From assembly GCA_012295275.1 (NCBI GenBank), contig CM022672.1, positions 23,560,001 through 23,624,000 of the forward strand: a DNA stretch of 64,000 bases, written 5' to 3'. Each line of letters begins with the position of its first letter. The first letter of the stretch is position 1. The notes below the pieces were generated by a model. That model did not search any database. It saw only the letters and a program-made list of their open reading frames with translations, and had not been told where the DNA came from. The position numbers were made by a program, and so were the translations under genes. Below, one piece after another: positions 14,201 through 26,818 of the stretch. The stretch is from Chrysomallon squamiferum (Eukaryota; Animalia; Mollusca).

Positions 14201-15365
14201 TCAACTAATAATTAAATGGAAAGCTAATTAACAATAGGATCCAAAAAAATTGGATAAAACTGAACAACAGTTCTGATCTGGATTGCATACATTCCAGACA
14301 GTCATTAACCAAGTATTTTGGACAATTGGTCCTATTTCATCCCTCCCTTTAATTTTGCGTTTAAACACATTATTTTATCATATTTATGTTTAAATGTCTG
14401 CATATAGTAAAGAATGATCTTTACCAATTTTATGTTGATGTTTAAAAAAATTCTGGTGTAACATTCAGCAATAAAACACAAAAATGGTCACATTTGAAGA
14501 CATGCACATATTAATATTTAGTACAATGTTGAGATGATAAAACAAAATATCACACTTTGTCAATCTAATGTAATAACTGCATGTTTCCATCTCTGCAGTA
14601 CAACATATCAGAACACTATATTCTTAGTTAACAAGTACATGTATAACTCATTTATATATAAATTTAGCTCTTTCAAACCTTGTGTTAGTCTACATTTGTT
14701 TTCTCAATTAAAATGCAGCCCAATTCTTATTCAGATGCTGTGTAATAATGTCCATATGATCTTATGACAAAATGGAATCATAATCATACCAAAGATCTGA
14801 TAGGGTTCACCTATCTGTTTTAATTTCATCAGTTACCAAGATAAGAGCTTGTCCAAATTAAAAACTAAAGGTAAACACCATTTGTGTCTGATTACTGTCA
14901 ATCAAAGAACACATTAACTGACAATGTAGGATTGATTCAGGTCTTTAATATTCAGTTAATATTTCCTAAGCAGATATTTATCGTGTAAAGATAAACAGTA
15001 ATATTCACAGTCGGCCAACATTCAGTACACTCAGTAACACTGTTATTTCAGAAGTAACAATTTTTAACTTTGCTTAATTATTAATAGTAATAATACCGTT
15101 TAAAATTTTACAATATTTTAATAACTTAACTTCTTAAGTAATAAATTTAAATATATTCTGATTCTTGTAACAGTTTTCAGTAAAGGATATTCTATAAATT
15201 AATAAATGATCTAAGACTAGTATACCTGTCATTAACATTATTAAGGCTTCCAATGTTTTCATTATCTCTTTCGAAACTTTGTTCCTCTAAGTAACAGTAA
15301 GTAACAATTTGTTGTGAATTTGTTTCAGCTGGCCAGTCAAAACACACATGACAATAATCAACCAT
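8957..15365 (-). CDS. C10orf88: C10orf88/PAAT-like protein (5 coding exons)
   Basis: Approximate exons 15365-15226, 13976-13683, 13234-13045, 10050-9653, 9177-8957 join in phase. KFLSLGERSTFQI, DMVKLKNHIDGLGSDVSEGARSLFETMEQYQ and C-terminal coiled coil (EERIVRRVERRMTEMEDRINRKLDTILQAL) resemble C10orf88 as I recall it. Confidence 0.75.
11326..11554. mobile_element. MITE-like element with imperfect terminal inverted repeats in a C10orf88 intron
   Basis: AGAGTTATTTCCCTTAGACCA (~11326) pairs with TGGTATAAGGGAAACAACTCT (~11535-11554); AT-rich, non-coding interior. Confidence 0.45.
12750..12851. repeat. Long imperfect palindrome / hairpin
   Basis: CCTATAAAATTTAAATGAAAACCAGCAAGAAAGTAATGTATT is mirrored by AATATACATTCCTTTCTTGCTGGTTTTTACTTAAAGTTTATAGG across a few-nt loop. 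Confidence 0.75.
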
Positions 15366-15775
15366 GCTTAAAGGTACTTATACAATAATTCTAGTAACTT
15401 GCAAAATATTTTTTCATTTAATTAATAAAACTAAATTCATAATAATAATAATACTATTTAAAGCATTGTCAATCGTCTCTATTTCCTGAAATGGACAATT
15501 TAATAACTTTTCATATAAAAGAGCTCCAAGGCTTCGGGATGATTTATTATTCTCAAAACTAATTGAAATTCATTAATAGCTGGTAATTGCCTTTTATAAG
15601 TAATTATCAGAAATTGCAGGCTTTTAAATATGAAATAATATATTTTATTTCAATTTCCTTTACATTATTATTTTCCTTCCTAATCGAAATTATTTATTTA
15701 TTTTGTAATGATTACTCCCATGTTATGGCTGCGTCCTCTAATGCACGTTTTGGCTGTAAATAAACAAAGATTAGA
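15366..15775. promoter_or_regulatory. Putative bidirectional promoter between C10orf88 and SMIM8
   Basis: Divergent start codons about 410 bp apart. Confidence 0.6.
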
Positions 15776-17089
15776 ATGTCATCTAAAGGTGATCCATCGA
15801 AATTAAAAGAAACTATATCAAAGGCTAAAGGACTGTTTCAAATCCAAGAACCAGGATGGAATAAAATACGGACTACATCTGTTTTTAGAGCTGTAAACTT
15901 TGAATTATATACTCGTCCTGTAAGATATTTGTTTTTATTACGATTAATCGGATGATCTCAGATCTGTTGATCAGAATCGTATATTATATAACGGTATAAT
16001 ATATAACATATTTCAGTTTATATTAAGCATATTTATGTACCTAGTCCTAGAGCACACGCGTCCACTCCATACCCAGAAGCTCAGCTTAATATTTCAGAAC
16101 ATGTTTAAAGAATAGAAAATACATGGACATACGATTTCCTAGCAGAATTGTGTTGTGTTACTGATATTTTACCAACTATTACTGTCAGTATTAATAGATA
16201 AATAATTAATAAAAAAGAAATAAACAAGTTCATCAAACAATGGTACAATGATCAATATTCAGCAAAATTGTAGAATTGGTATAATGAATTTTATTGGCAG
16301 TTTGTTACTCCCCCGCCATATAATTTAATAATCATAAATGTATCAAAATATTTATGAAAAGCAAAATTTCTTGACAAAAACTGACAGACTGTCACCACTG
16401 GTAATTAGTTTTATATAGCAAAGGTGTAACAAAAATAAGTGTTATTTTGATTTTTATGATGACAAAGGTTTTGGTGCCTTTTATCGTTAGTTACTAGAAA
16501 CTGCATACTACAAAGTTTAAAAGGTTCATTTCTTATTTCACCGTTCTTTATGTTTTTATTTTCCATCCCAACCAAATTTATTTATATGTTTTGTAATAAT
16601 TAAAATGGAATAAAATATGAGCCGTGTCTGTTTTAATTATAAATAATTATTACCTCTCCTGCTCCTTGTGATATGTATTGCAGGACTAAAAATACTTCAA
16701 ATATTGCATAACTATCACAGGGCATCTCTTAGTTATTTTGATTTTTCTTATGCCCAAATTTATTTTGTAACTAAAATATTGATTTCAGAACTAAATTAAA
16801 ATATTATAATAATAATAATTATATATATATATATATAAAAAAAAAAAAAAAAAAAAAGTTATTTCACATACATGCGTATACCAATTTTACATAAAGTAAT
16901 TATAAAATAATGTTTATGTATTTTATATTTCAGAATAAAGTTGCTATGAGTTTTGGTAGTATGGCTTTCCTAGGATGTGTTGGATATTTGTTGTACATTA
17001 ATTATCGAGACAAAAAAGATCACACTTACGCTGCTATCAATGCTGATGGGACACTAGTAACTCGGCCAAAGCCTTCGAAATGGGACTAA
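15776..17089 (+). CDS. SMIM8: Small integral membrane protein 8 (2 coding exons)
   Basis: Exons 15776-15919 and 16934-17089 give MSSKGDP...IRTTSVFRAVNFELYTRP-NKVAMSFGSMAFLGCVGYLLY...PKPSKWD*; the RTT-x-x-FRAVN-x-EL motif and C-terminal SKWD are typical of SMIM8. Confidence 0.92.
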
Positions 17090-18426
17090 CTACTTGCTTA
17101 TGGTGCTTACAGTTGTGGATGGCAATGTTAAGTGAACTTTACAAAAAATGTATATATATATTTAATAAACAGTTTCAAGTTTTTTAGAAGTGGATTATAA
17201 ACATGTTCACTGTAAGCCAAAGAATTTGAATCTGATATTCAAATTTTCGCAGACACAAAATGACATTCAGTAACTGAAGTGTTGGACTGTAAATTGTGTA
17301 GCTGTATTAAGTTTAAAACCAAAAATTTTTTATTAATTAGTTATTGTATTATAGGAGGTAATAGTTATCTGTGATAAATTTTGAATTTATGACCTGTTTC
17401 TAGGAGAAGAAAATGAATTAGATTAATAAAATATTTAATCATGATGCATATTTTGTACAGTTTTCAAGTTGAGGCATTTCATAATAACATTTTCATAATT
17501 ATTCTTTATTAAGTGCAGACTAGTGAAAATGCTGTCTATTTCTCTTTCTGCTATCTTTGTTTAAAATAATATTTGAATTAGGAAAGTCACACACACATTA
17601 AAATAAAATTTCTGAACAGAACAGAATATTTTTACACTGACAGGAGATTTTCAAGGTTGTTTCTTCTATTTTCATATTTATGTTTTTATTATTATTACTA
17701 TTATGTATATTTATTTATTCATTCATTCATTTTAAAATTTTAAAATTTATTTGATTAGTTATTTTCACAAAAGAATACATAATTTAGAATGTAAATCATT
17801 TTGTTTTATTTTAGGATAGACTATCCAAAATATAACTACTAATCTATCAATCAAAACTTGGGTGAGGCTAAATTTTGATCATGAAAAATACAATATCAAA
17901 CAGTGGGACATAAAAGAAGATATAATCATATAATGATATAGTTATTAGGAATCTTATTTAGACTAAAAAAAAGAATGTGTAATATAAAAATGTAAATAAA
18001 TCAAAAAGGAAAAACTGTTTCCATCATTATTTGAAAAAAAGAAAAAAAAAAGAAAAAACTGTTTCCATCATTATTTGAAAAAAAACGAAATGAGGGAAAA
18101 AGAAATGTCCAAATAGGAAATCATTTTCCAGGGTTGTAGCAAATAAAAGTAACTGAAACTGTTGGAGGAAAAAAAAAAAACACCAGAAAACAGAGATAAA
18201 TAATTTAAGTGAATGAAAAGATAAGTGGTAGTTTGAGAAATACTTTATTGTGTTTTCTATTACTGGGACAGGGTGAAACCAGTATTTAAATGAAAACAAT
18301 GTAACTACTGTAATACACCTGACAACGAGAAATAAGTTTATTTAAATAAAACAACGATGGCGGGAATCCAATTATTAAAAATGTGAATTGGGTGCCCTTC
18401 TCTGTCACTAAGTTCTCCGTCTATAT

Positions 18427-19886
18427 TCAAGACGAATCCTTTGCTTTCAGACAGTCATCTAAAGGAAGAATTTTGTATCCAAACTGCTGAAATAAATACA
18501 GAACCAGCAAATCAGCATTTTCTTCGCCAATGTCAACACTAATTATCTGCGAATCGGGGATCACTGGCATTTTGGAAACATTTCGAAAATCGGCCCATCG
18601 AAGATGCGTGATATCGACTGTTTTTACTATTATATTGTAATGTCTCTCTGCTATCAGTTTTTCATAATATGTTTTATACACGTCATTTCTTACTAAGACG
18701 TTTTGAAGCAAACCATCAGATTGTTTGAATCGGTTTTCAATGGCCACCAAAATATTCCTCAACTTAAAATAGCGTTCATCATCAGTCATGTTCATTCCTG
18801 GAGGGTAAGGTTTACTTACATAGGCTCCAACATCAAGAATAGTGAATAAAGAGCTAAGTCTTCCAGGATATGATATTACAAAATCGTACGGAAGGCACAA
18901 AGTCATGGGTAGTTTATCTGGAAATGTTTTTCGAAGTTCTGCCAGGAGACTGAGTGTTTTTTGGAAAGTAAGAGACATCCGCGACGAATAGAGAATAACA
19001 GAATGATAATTTTGGTAGCGTCTCTGCATTTTCTAATTACATTACTTTGAACAGGTGGCAATTTTGGTGGATTTTGTTTGAAAAAATCGGAGTAATTTCC
19101 TCTGTCATCCCAAAAAAGCACATCCTGTGGTCTTGCACTGAATTTCTTTTTCTCGAAATTCACAATTTCTGTGTCCATAGTGGTGGTATAAAACTGATCA
19201 ATCCATTCTAGAACTTCAGTCTCCATTATCCTTTCAGTGATTGTCTTTTCTGTGTTACCGTCGACGTCTAGCTTAAGAATTATATGTTCGTCGGGATGTG
19301 TTGTAGTTTTAATCCATAAAGCTAAATCAAAAGTGGGAATTGTAACGTTTTTCTTACGATTACTAGCAAAAGTTTTCATTTCTGCCGTCATGGTTCCATT
19401 TGAAGAAGCACACGCCAGAGGGGCAAAAAGAAAATGATTGGAAAACTGTGCATAAAGAGGAGCATAAGAAACGTCAGTGATGAACGAATAAATAACGTAC
19501 TGATGCGAATTAGGATATGTATCTTGAAAGAGTTTCACAGATCTGGGTAGTGTCCCGCCGCAGTTTATGAAAATTAATCTTGGAATGTAATCTCTGAACT
19601 GAATGCTCATGTCTTTCTTTAAACTAAGGCCTGGTCTTCCATCAGATGAATCTACATGACGTCTGGCTTGTCTGTAATTCAATGGTCTGTCTACAGCTCT
19701 ATGATGAGAGAAGAGAGTATTTTTTCTTGACATGAAAGTCAAGTGAATAAAGTGTCCACAAATTATTCCCAAAATAAAAAGAATGCCCAGGCACAGGAGA
19801 CGTTTCCACTGACCAAGACCTTTAATTGGGCTCATACTGTTAAAAGACATTTGACGCGGCAATGATACTTGTCTTTTGCTTTCCAT
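18427..19886 (-). CDS. Intronless type II membrane protein: FkbM-like methyltransferase-fold region followed by a polysaccharide-deacetylase-like region; split by one frameshift near 18960-19030
   Basis: ORF 19886-18903 has an N-terminal TM helix (LLCLGILFILGIICGHF), LIFINCGG and FDLALWIK...HIILKLDVDG..E, resembling FkbM-type motifs. Overlapping ORF 19029-18427 continues in the -1 frame (LPMTLCLPYDFV...IIVKTVDI...GYKILPLDDCL). Domain calls are by eye. Confidence 0.55.
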
Positions 19887-21117
19887 TTTTTATTTTTTTT
19901 TTTTCCTTTGATATTCAAGGATTGTGTTAATATAACATATGTTTTCAATAAAACTTCTGATAAAAGTCGGCATGAAAACGAGCTCTTATCTAACGATAAA
20001 TGCAAGCGAGGTCAGAAATATTGCCAAGTACTGTTATAATTATATTATCAAACGTGTGTCAGACTGAGCGTGTGTTATATATACACTTGTTATCTAGACT
20101 GCATGTTTCTCTGTATTCTGTTTTATATTTGCTAATTTTATATTTATATTTTATGTTCGAAAATGTACTGAACATTAAAATACAAATACAGACATAACAA
20201 ATCTCTCTTTCTAACACATGCACACTGACAGTTTGTGCGGGACACACGACAACGTTCTAAAGAGACAAAAAAGTAATATTGCCCACGAGTTTGATTTTTC
20301 AGTGTTAATATTAAATTATCATCACTAAGACATCAAACAGACTTCTGAAACTGCTGGTGTTTCAAGCGGCTTTTGCACTTACGTACTTGTTTGTTGACGC
20401 AGCATTTCTTTTTATGTATTTCAGATTAAAACAAATTATCAAGATTATATATATTAAATAATAATACTTTACAAAACAGTCAAATAAATAATGTAAGAAA
20501 GAACACACACACACAGATATATATGTATGTTACCTGCCTGGTCGCATTTATTATAAAATTAATGAAACTTAAGCTACAATGATACTCTGCAGGAGGGGTC
20601 CCAGAAGCGACTTCAATCGACACTGCTTCAGAATTTTGAATATATGAAAATTTCACAAAGGAAATCGGTTCTTCAAACCACAACTTTCAGGTTTCAAGAC
20701 TTAAGACACACACAAACATATATACATAATTAAAATTCTTATGGTTATGAGAAAAAAAACCCCACATATTATTTTTAGGAAAAACAACCTATTGCTTTTA
20801 CGTACTTGATGAATAACGTTCAGTAATACTTGAAATGTAAACGTACGGACGAAGCTAAATCATTTTTATTTTATTTTTATTTATTAAATTTATTATTATT
20901 ATTATTATTATTTTTTTTTTTTTTTTCAGTATAAAAATATAATAGTTTTTAGTATTAAAATGTTGTCTCTTCCGTATTAAAAATTACATTTGAAAGGGAA
21001 AATGATGATTTATTATTAATCATTTTTTGAAGAAAGAACCTGTCAGTAACTGTGGATGAGAATTAAAAAAATGCTGTAGTTAATAAATACACAAAATAGT
21101 TTCATCTGTTATTAATA

Positions 21118-21173
<56 letters not shown>

Positions 21174-21686
21174 TTTATTTTTATTATCATCATCATTATT
21201 ATAATAGAAAATCCTTCACATGCATTTGATTACATACATATATTTTCAGAAAGAATCCAAATAATTATGTATATAGAAGAATTCGAACAAATGCCGGAAT
21301 CCCAAAAGGCGTTGCAATATTGATACAGGAACGTGTCATAAAAATAATAAAAAAATCATTACACTGATGCATATCTGTTGACGTATGTCATTTATAATTG
21401 AAGTTTCCAGAATGATCCGCCTACTTACAGAAAACGTTTATATATTTTCCATAGATAATGAAAAAAGACATCTCTTCTGCTTGTGGTTCTTTCAATTTAA
21501 TAAACATATGTTCGCTCGAGAGTGACGCGCTGTTCAGCCAATTAGATTACAGTAAAGCATCTGGTGACACATAGGACCACCATTATTAAAACTGAAATCC
21601 TAAATTTCTTTCAGGTGGAGATTTTATCAAAGTGACAACAGAAAATCAGAAACGTAAAACGATTTCTGGCAATCACGTGCACACAC

Positions 21687-22201
21687 ATGCATGTCACGTT
21701 TATATTCTTGTTTCATTTTTGTCTTTCTCTTTTAGAAGCATGCACAGGTAAGATTTCGAATGAATGAATGAGTAAACCTAACGGGACACTTGATAACGGG
21801 TGCTATGAGTCATGAACAGGTAAATATATATGTATAAATAAATCACGTGATTTAATTCAGGCCAAAATAATATGTTGTTACTGTATGAAATAATGTATGT
21901 TGTAGTTACCAACCCGACCATTAATGTGTTGCCAGCGATGAACCCTAAAGCATTCGTGCTCTTATTAACCATTTTAACTGAGAATGCATGATAATTCTGT
22001 CTCATCCAAATCTGGTAAAGAATTCTGCTTGTATATTTGCAAGTGTGTTCGTTTCAATTTGTGGATGTGCGTGTGTGCGTGTGTGTGTGTTTAAAATGTA
22101 ATTACCTCAGATGGTTTACATTAATTTCAGGACAGAAGTGGGTAAGTAATATTGATTTTAAATGTTAATATTTTTTACAGTTGAATCTCTAGAAAGTATA
22201 C

Positions 22202-22257
<56 letters not shown>

Positions 22258-25200
22258 CATCATCAACATCATCTTCATCATCATCCTTATCATTATTATT
22301 AGTCAAAAATATGGCAGCAGTAAGTAACACGAAAATAGTAAAAGAAAATCCAATAGGCTAAAAATATTATATACTAACCAGGATATAGGAGAAACAAATG
22401 GCTGCAGGTATTACCGAATTTTTGCCCCTCGGATGCATTTTGATAGATGATTCGCCTGGTTCACGATTTCGAGGACGTTTCTTCAGGATAAACGTGTAGT
22501 GAACTAGTGGCATGAAACACTATCCATGTACCTCGAGAAAAGTGGTCTGGTTATTTTCTGTCATCTTTCCTTTCTGGTATCTTTTAATTTTTTCTACTAA
22601 CTCCTTGGCCAAATTTATTCTCTTTAAATGGCAACAACTATTTGATCAAAATAACAGGCAGCGTGATATAAATAAAATTTCGACTGCAATGATATATATT
22701 TTTTTATCTTGGCTTGATCAACCTTCATGTCCTACCGTCTGACTGATCTTTGAACCAAAGCGTTAAGGTTTCAAATTGAAAATTAAAGCGTGTTGCCATT
22801 TATTTAACAATTAAAGCGTGTTGCCATTTATTTAACAATACCTTAAACATAAAAACATAAAGAACCGGGTCATTTCCATAATATTTTCGACCATATTTAC
22901 AGACCTCTTAAACGGTCGCGCAAGTCGATTGACATCGTTTTGTCAGATATCTGGAGATGTCTAACAGTTGTGTTCCTGACAGAAATGTTTTTAAAAATAA
23001 AATATAATAATTTTGTAAACGAAAATAAATTATTATAAAAATCAAACACTTTCCAAACACTATTACTCAGTTAAAAACTAACAATAATGACAAACGAGGA
23101 TACATTAACGTCTGAAACATATGTTTTTTTTTATTAGATTACTGATACTGAGAGACAATTTATTAATACCGTAGCTTTCATAAATTACACAGAGCCAAAA
23201 CAACAACAACAAAAAAGAAAGCAAAAAACCCACCAAAAAAACCCAGACAAAAATAAAACAAAACAAAAAACAACAACAATAAGAATAAATTATTTTAGAA
23301 TAATGAATGACAGTAAATTATTATTATTTTGTTTTCATGGGTTTTTTCGTCATATGAATAAATTTTACATGATGCTAAATTGATCATTGCGAAGTAAATA
23401 AGGAGATAAGGAAAGTTCGGCTGTGAATACAGACCTAGACTTACGACTTTTTAACTTTACGACAGAACGACTGACAATGGGGCCATGGCTAATGCTTTGT
23501 TCATAATTCTCTGCTAACAAGATGCAAATTGCTTTTTCATTACTGGGATTTACGAGTAACGAGTGAAAAACAACAACAGTTCAGATTAAGCTGAAAATAT
23601 TTGTAAAGGAAATTACTCCACCTGATACCGAAGACTGCAACATCTTGGTCCACTTCTCATCACCAGTGATCATTAAATATTTTCTGTTTTCTTCTTCTTC
23701 TTTTGTTTTGTTTTGTTTTTGTTTGTTTGTTTGGTGGATAAGGACATGATGTTGTAGTTGTAGCAATTCTCCATACTGCTTGTTGTAATTTGAGCATCTG
23801 CGCCAACCTTGATAATATCCTGTTAGCGATTAACTTAAGAAATTTGGAAATAACCCTTAGACATTAATACTGCCAAGTTCAAAGTATAAAATTAATCCAG
23901 ATTTGAAACAGTTATGTGTAAATGAATCGTACATAGAAAAGATTCAGACCGAGCTAAGCATTTTTTTCATTTATTTTCAAATAGCTTAGAAAAACCAAAG
24001 TCGTTATGCGTGTTAATGTCTATATAAACTTGCTCAGTAATAACGTAAAAAACAATTATATATTTCTTTTACACCCGAGCATATAAGATAAATAAAATAC
24101 ATATAAATATCTTTCAATATAGCCTTCTCATAAGAACAGAAACAAATATTCAATATGTAGTAAGAGAGCGCAGTTTCCGATTTCATATAATTAAAGGGGC
24201 GTTTGCTGGTGAGTTAAATCACGTAATATACATATCAGCGTATGTCTTCTGTCAAGCATTATCTGCTTTGCACATAAAACTACAAATCAGCTCCACTTTA
24301 GTTGACACTATAAAATTTAGAAAACAATAAACTAAAATAATATATACTTTGTAAAGTGAACTTTCGTTAGATTCATATACCCTAATAATAATTTGATTAT
24401 CATGAAGATCAGTATCAGAACACATTATGAATTCGCATTAAAATATAATAAAATTCAGTAGTGAAGATACCAACCAACACATTGTTCAGTTTTGATATAT
24501 TTTTATTATTATTATTTTTTTTTTTTATGAAATATTTCAGTTAAAAAAATAAATAAGAGTGTTATTTTCTGTTTATTAATTCTTTTAAGTGCTCATGCCA
24601 AAATCGTGAAGTCTACTGCAAATGTGGATGTCGAAGCGATTCCGCACAGGAAGTGATGTGTTGTCATTCGTGTCCTTGTTTCCCTGGCGATGTATCTGTT
24701 CGCCTTGACACAGGAAAAAATGTACAAATGAAAAATCTTGTCACAGGGCAAAAAATACTATCTGGTAAGTTAGCTGTGTACTATGTACAGTTTGAGTTTG
24801 TGAAATAGAATTATTATATATACCTTTTTTATACGTGTATGTATGTATACATGTATGTATTAAGTATATATGTATGTATGTATGTATGTATGTGTCTGTT
24901 TATATGTATGTATTTTGTTCATCTTTTTCGTTTTTTTTTTGTTGCTATCAGTTATATTTGTCAGGCTGATCGTATTTAAAAGTTTGTTTTTTCTTTCTTT
25001 CTTCTATTATAAACAACGAACAACTAGACAAATATTAATATTAATGGTTAAAAGCATAGATACCGTTTATAAACAATGAACAACTCGATAAATAGTTTTT
25101 ATAATGGTGAAAAGCACGCGTTTTTAGCTTTCGTAGAAAACTATTACTGATTATGAGCTCCAATAATTTCTGTGCTGCTGTACACAGACTGTAGTCACGT

Positions 25201-25804
25201 ACTTGAAACGTTGATTAAGACAGATACAACTTCTGAAAGAGAATTGGTCCTCATGAACCCAGCCCAGGAGACAATGATGGTTATCAAATCCTCTAAATGT
25301 GACACGATTTTTTTTATTTATTTATTTTTTTTTTTTTTTTTTTTGCCATATTAGACATAACAAAACATTTAGAATTAAAATGTAGTCTATTTCTTTTATC
25401 AGTGCAAAATGGAAAGAGAACATTTTCTGAAGTCAAAACATTTCTGCATCGGGAACCAGCATCGAACACGACATTTGTAACGCTGATTACAGAGCAAGGC
25501 CATCGTATCACTCTCTCCGAATTACACATTGTATTTGCTTCAGCAAACAAGTCAGCCAACGTGGAACCCAGGTACTTTGTTTTTATATTTATCCCCTATC
25601 ACAAACTTATTTACAATTCATAAAGAAAAAATATTTGTGTACAGATATAATCAAGCTATATTAATAGCATATCTTACTTTCCATTCGCATAATCTAATTC
25701 CTATGGTGACAAAAACAAGATTTACTTCAAGGGTCGGCAACCTTTTTGAGAAACGGGTTCAGACTGCTATGCAGTGTTTTGGGGGAGGGCCAAGATATCA
25801 AATG

Positions 25805-25854
<50 letters not shown>

Positions 25855-26521
25855 CGGTATCTCTCTCTTTCTCAGTTCTATCTTTAATATTGAGCATTAA
25901 AAAGGGATGCTAGGTAGGCTGCCTTGTTCTGGAGGTTTAAAGAAAAAAAAAACGAAATTAATGTAACAACTGGTACCCAAGTTTTCTGCTGGTGGGCCGG
26001 ACTAAAATCCCTCGCGGGCCAAGAAAAAAAATACTACCGTACCTATGAAAATAACATATGTCTGCCAAAATTTATTAGAAGTTGCTTAATTTATAATATT
26101 TTATCCTTCAGGTTTGCTCGATCTGTAAAACCTGGTGATTATTTACATAGCATGGAAGATGATCTCCGTCCAGAACGAGTTGTTCAGATATTTGTCTCTG
26201 TGAAACAAGGTAATCTGAATTAGGCTTATTTTTATTAGGAGTAGTAGTGTAAACCGTGGTGCAGGTGCTAGTTTTACCATAGTTGAAGAACAGCTGACGC
26301 GACAGAAATTCAGACTAATCAATATCAGTTTAATTCAGCATTTGGACATGCATTCCACAAACATTACCAAATATTGACATTCAGCAAAGCTGTGCAAATA
26401 AAATTAAAAACAAATAATAATAATAATAATAATATTTAGTAAAATCAAACACCTTTCTTCTTTCCTTAATAGATATACGTTTCTTTTCTGACATAGTTGT
26501 ATATATACATGTATATATCCT

Positions 26522-26580
<59 letters not shown>

Positions 26581-26818
26581 TAAAATTATATTTACGTTAT
26601 CTCAGGTTTTTACGCTCCTCTGACGGACACGGGGACACTTGTAGTTAATGGGATTCTGGCATCGTGCTTTGCACATTTTCTCCAACAAGATTTGGCACAG
26701 TTCTGTTTGTTTCCGTTGCGATGGTTTCCATTGGCTGTTAGAACCGTGGCAAGAAGACGGTCTCAGTCCGCTGATGTCTCACGCGAAGGACATACTACTG
26801 TATTATTTCCCAGAATAG
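21687..26818 (+). CDS. Secreted Cys-rich peptide-Hint/Hog autoprocessing protein, copy 1 (6 coding exons; 1-nt frameshift near 26731)
   Basis: Exons 21687-21747 (signal MHVTFIFLFHFCLSLLEACT), 22131-22141 (GQKW), 24590-24764 (CSCQNREVYCKCGCRSDSAQEVMCCHSCP-CFPGD...), 25403-25571 (FSEVKTFLHRE...ITLSELHIVF), 26112-26209 (FARSVKPGDYL), 26606-26818 (GFYAPLTDTGTLVVNGILASCFA...FPLRWF). All junctions are GT-AG and phase-consistent. As sequenced, the last frame runs to 27000. Confidence 0.85.
25728..26046. mobile_element. Possible hAT-type MITE remnant with (CA)n inside a Hog copy 1 intron
   Basis: Starts CAAGGGTCGGCAACCTTTTT, resembling hAT-type termini, with internal GGGCCG/CGGGCC motifs; right end degenerate. 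Confidence 0.4.

Noticed and set aside
18955-19030. Programmed -1 ribosomal frameshift
   Set aside because: No in-frame canonical slippery heptamer or evident downstream structure, and the window shows other probable indel errors.
22781-22838. Short direct duplications (also ~18010-18082 and ~43768-43796)
   Set aside because: Ordinary slippage-type duplications with no evident function.
23477-23565. ATG-rich hydrophobic stretch as the signal-peptide exon of Hog copy 1
   Set aside because: Early in-frame stops; exon 21687-21747 matches copy 2 in length and phase and joins in frame through the micro-exon.
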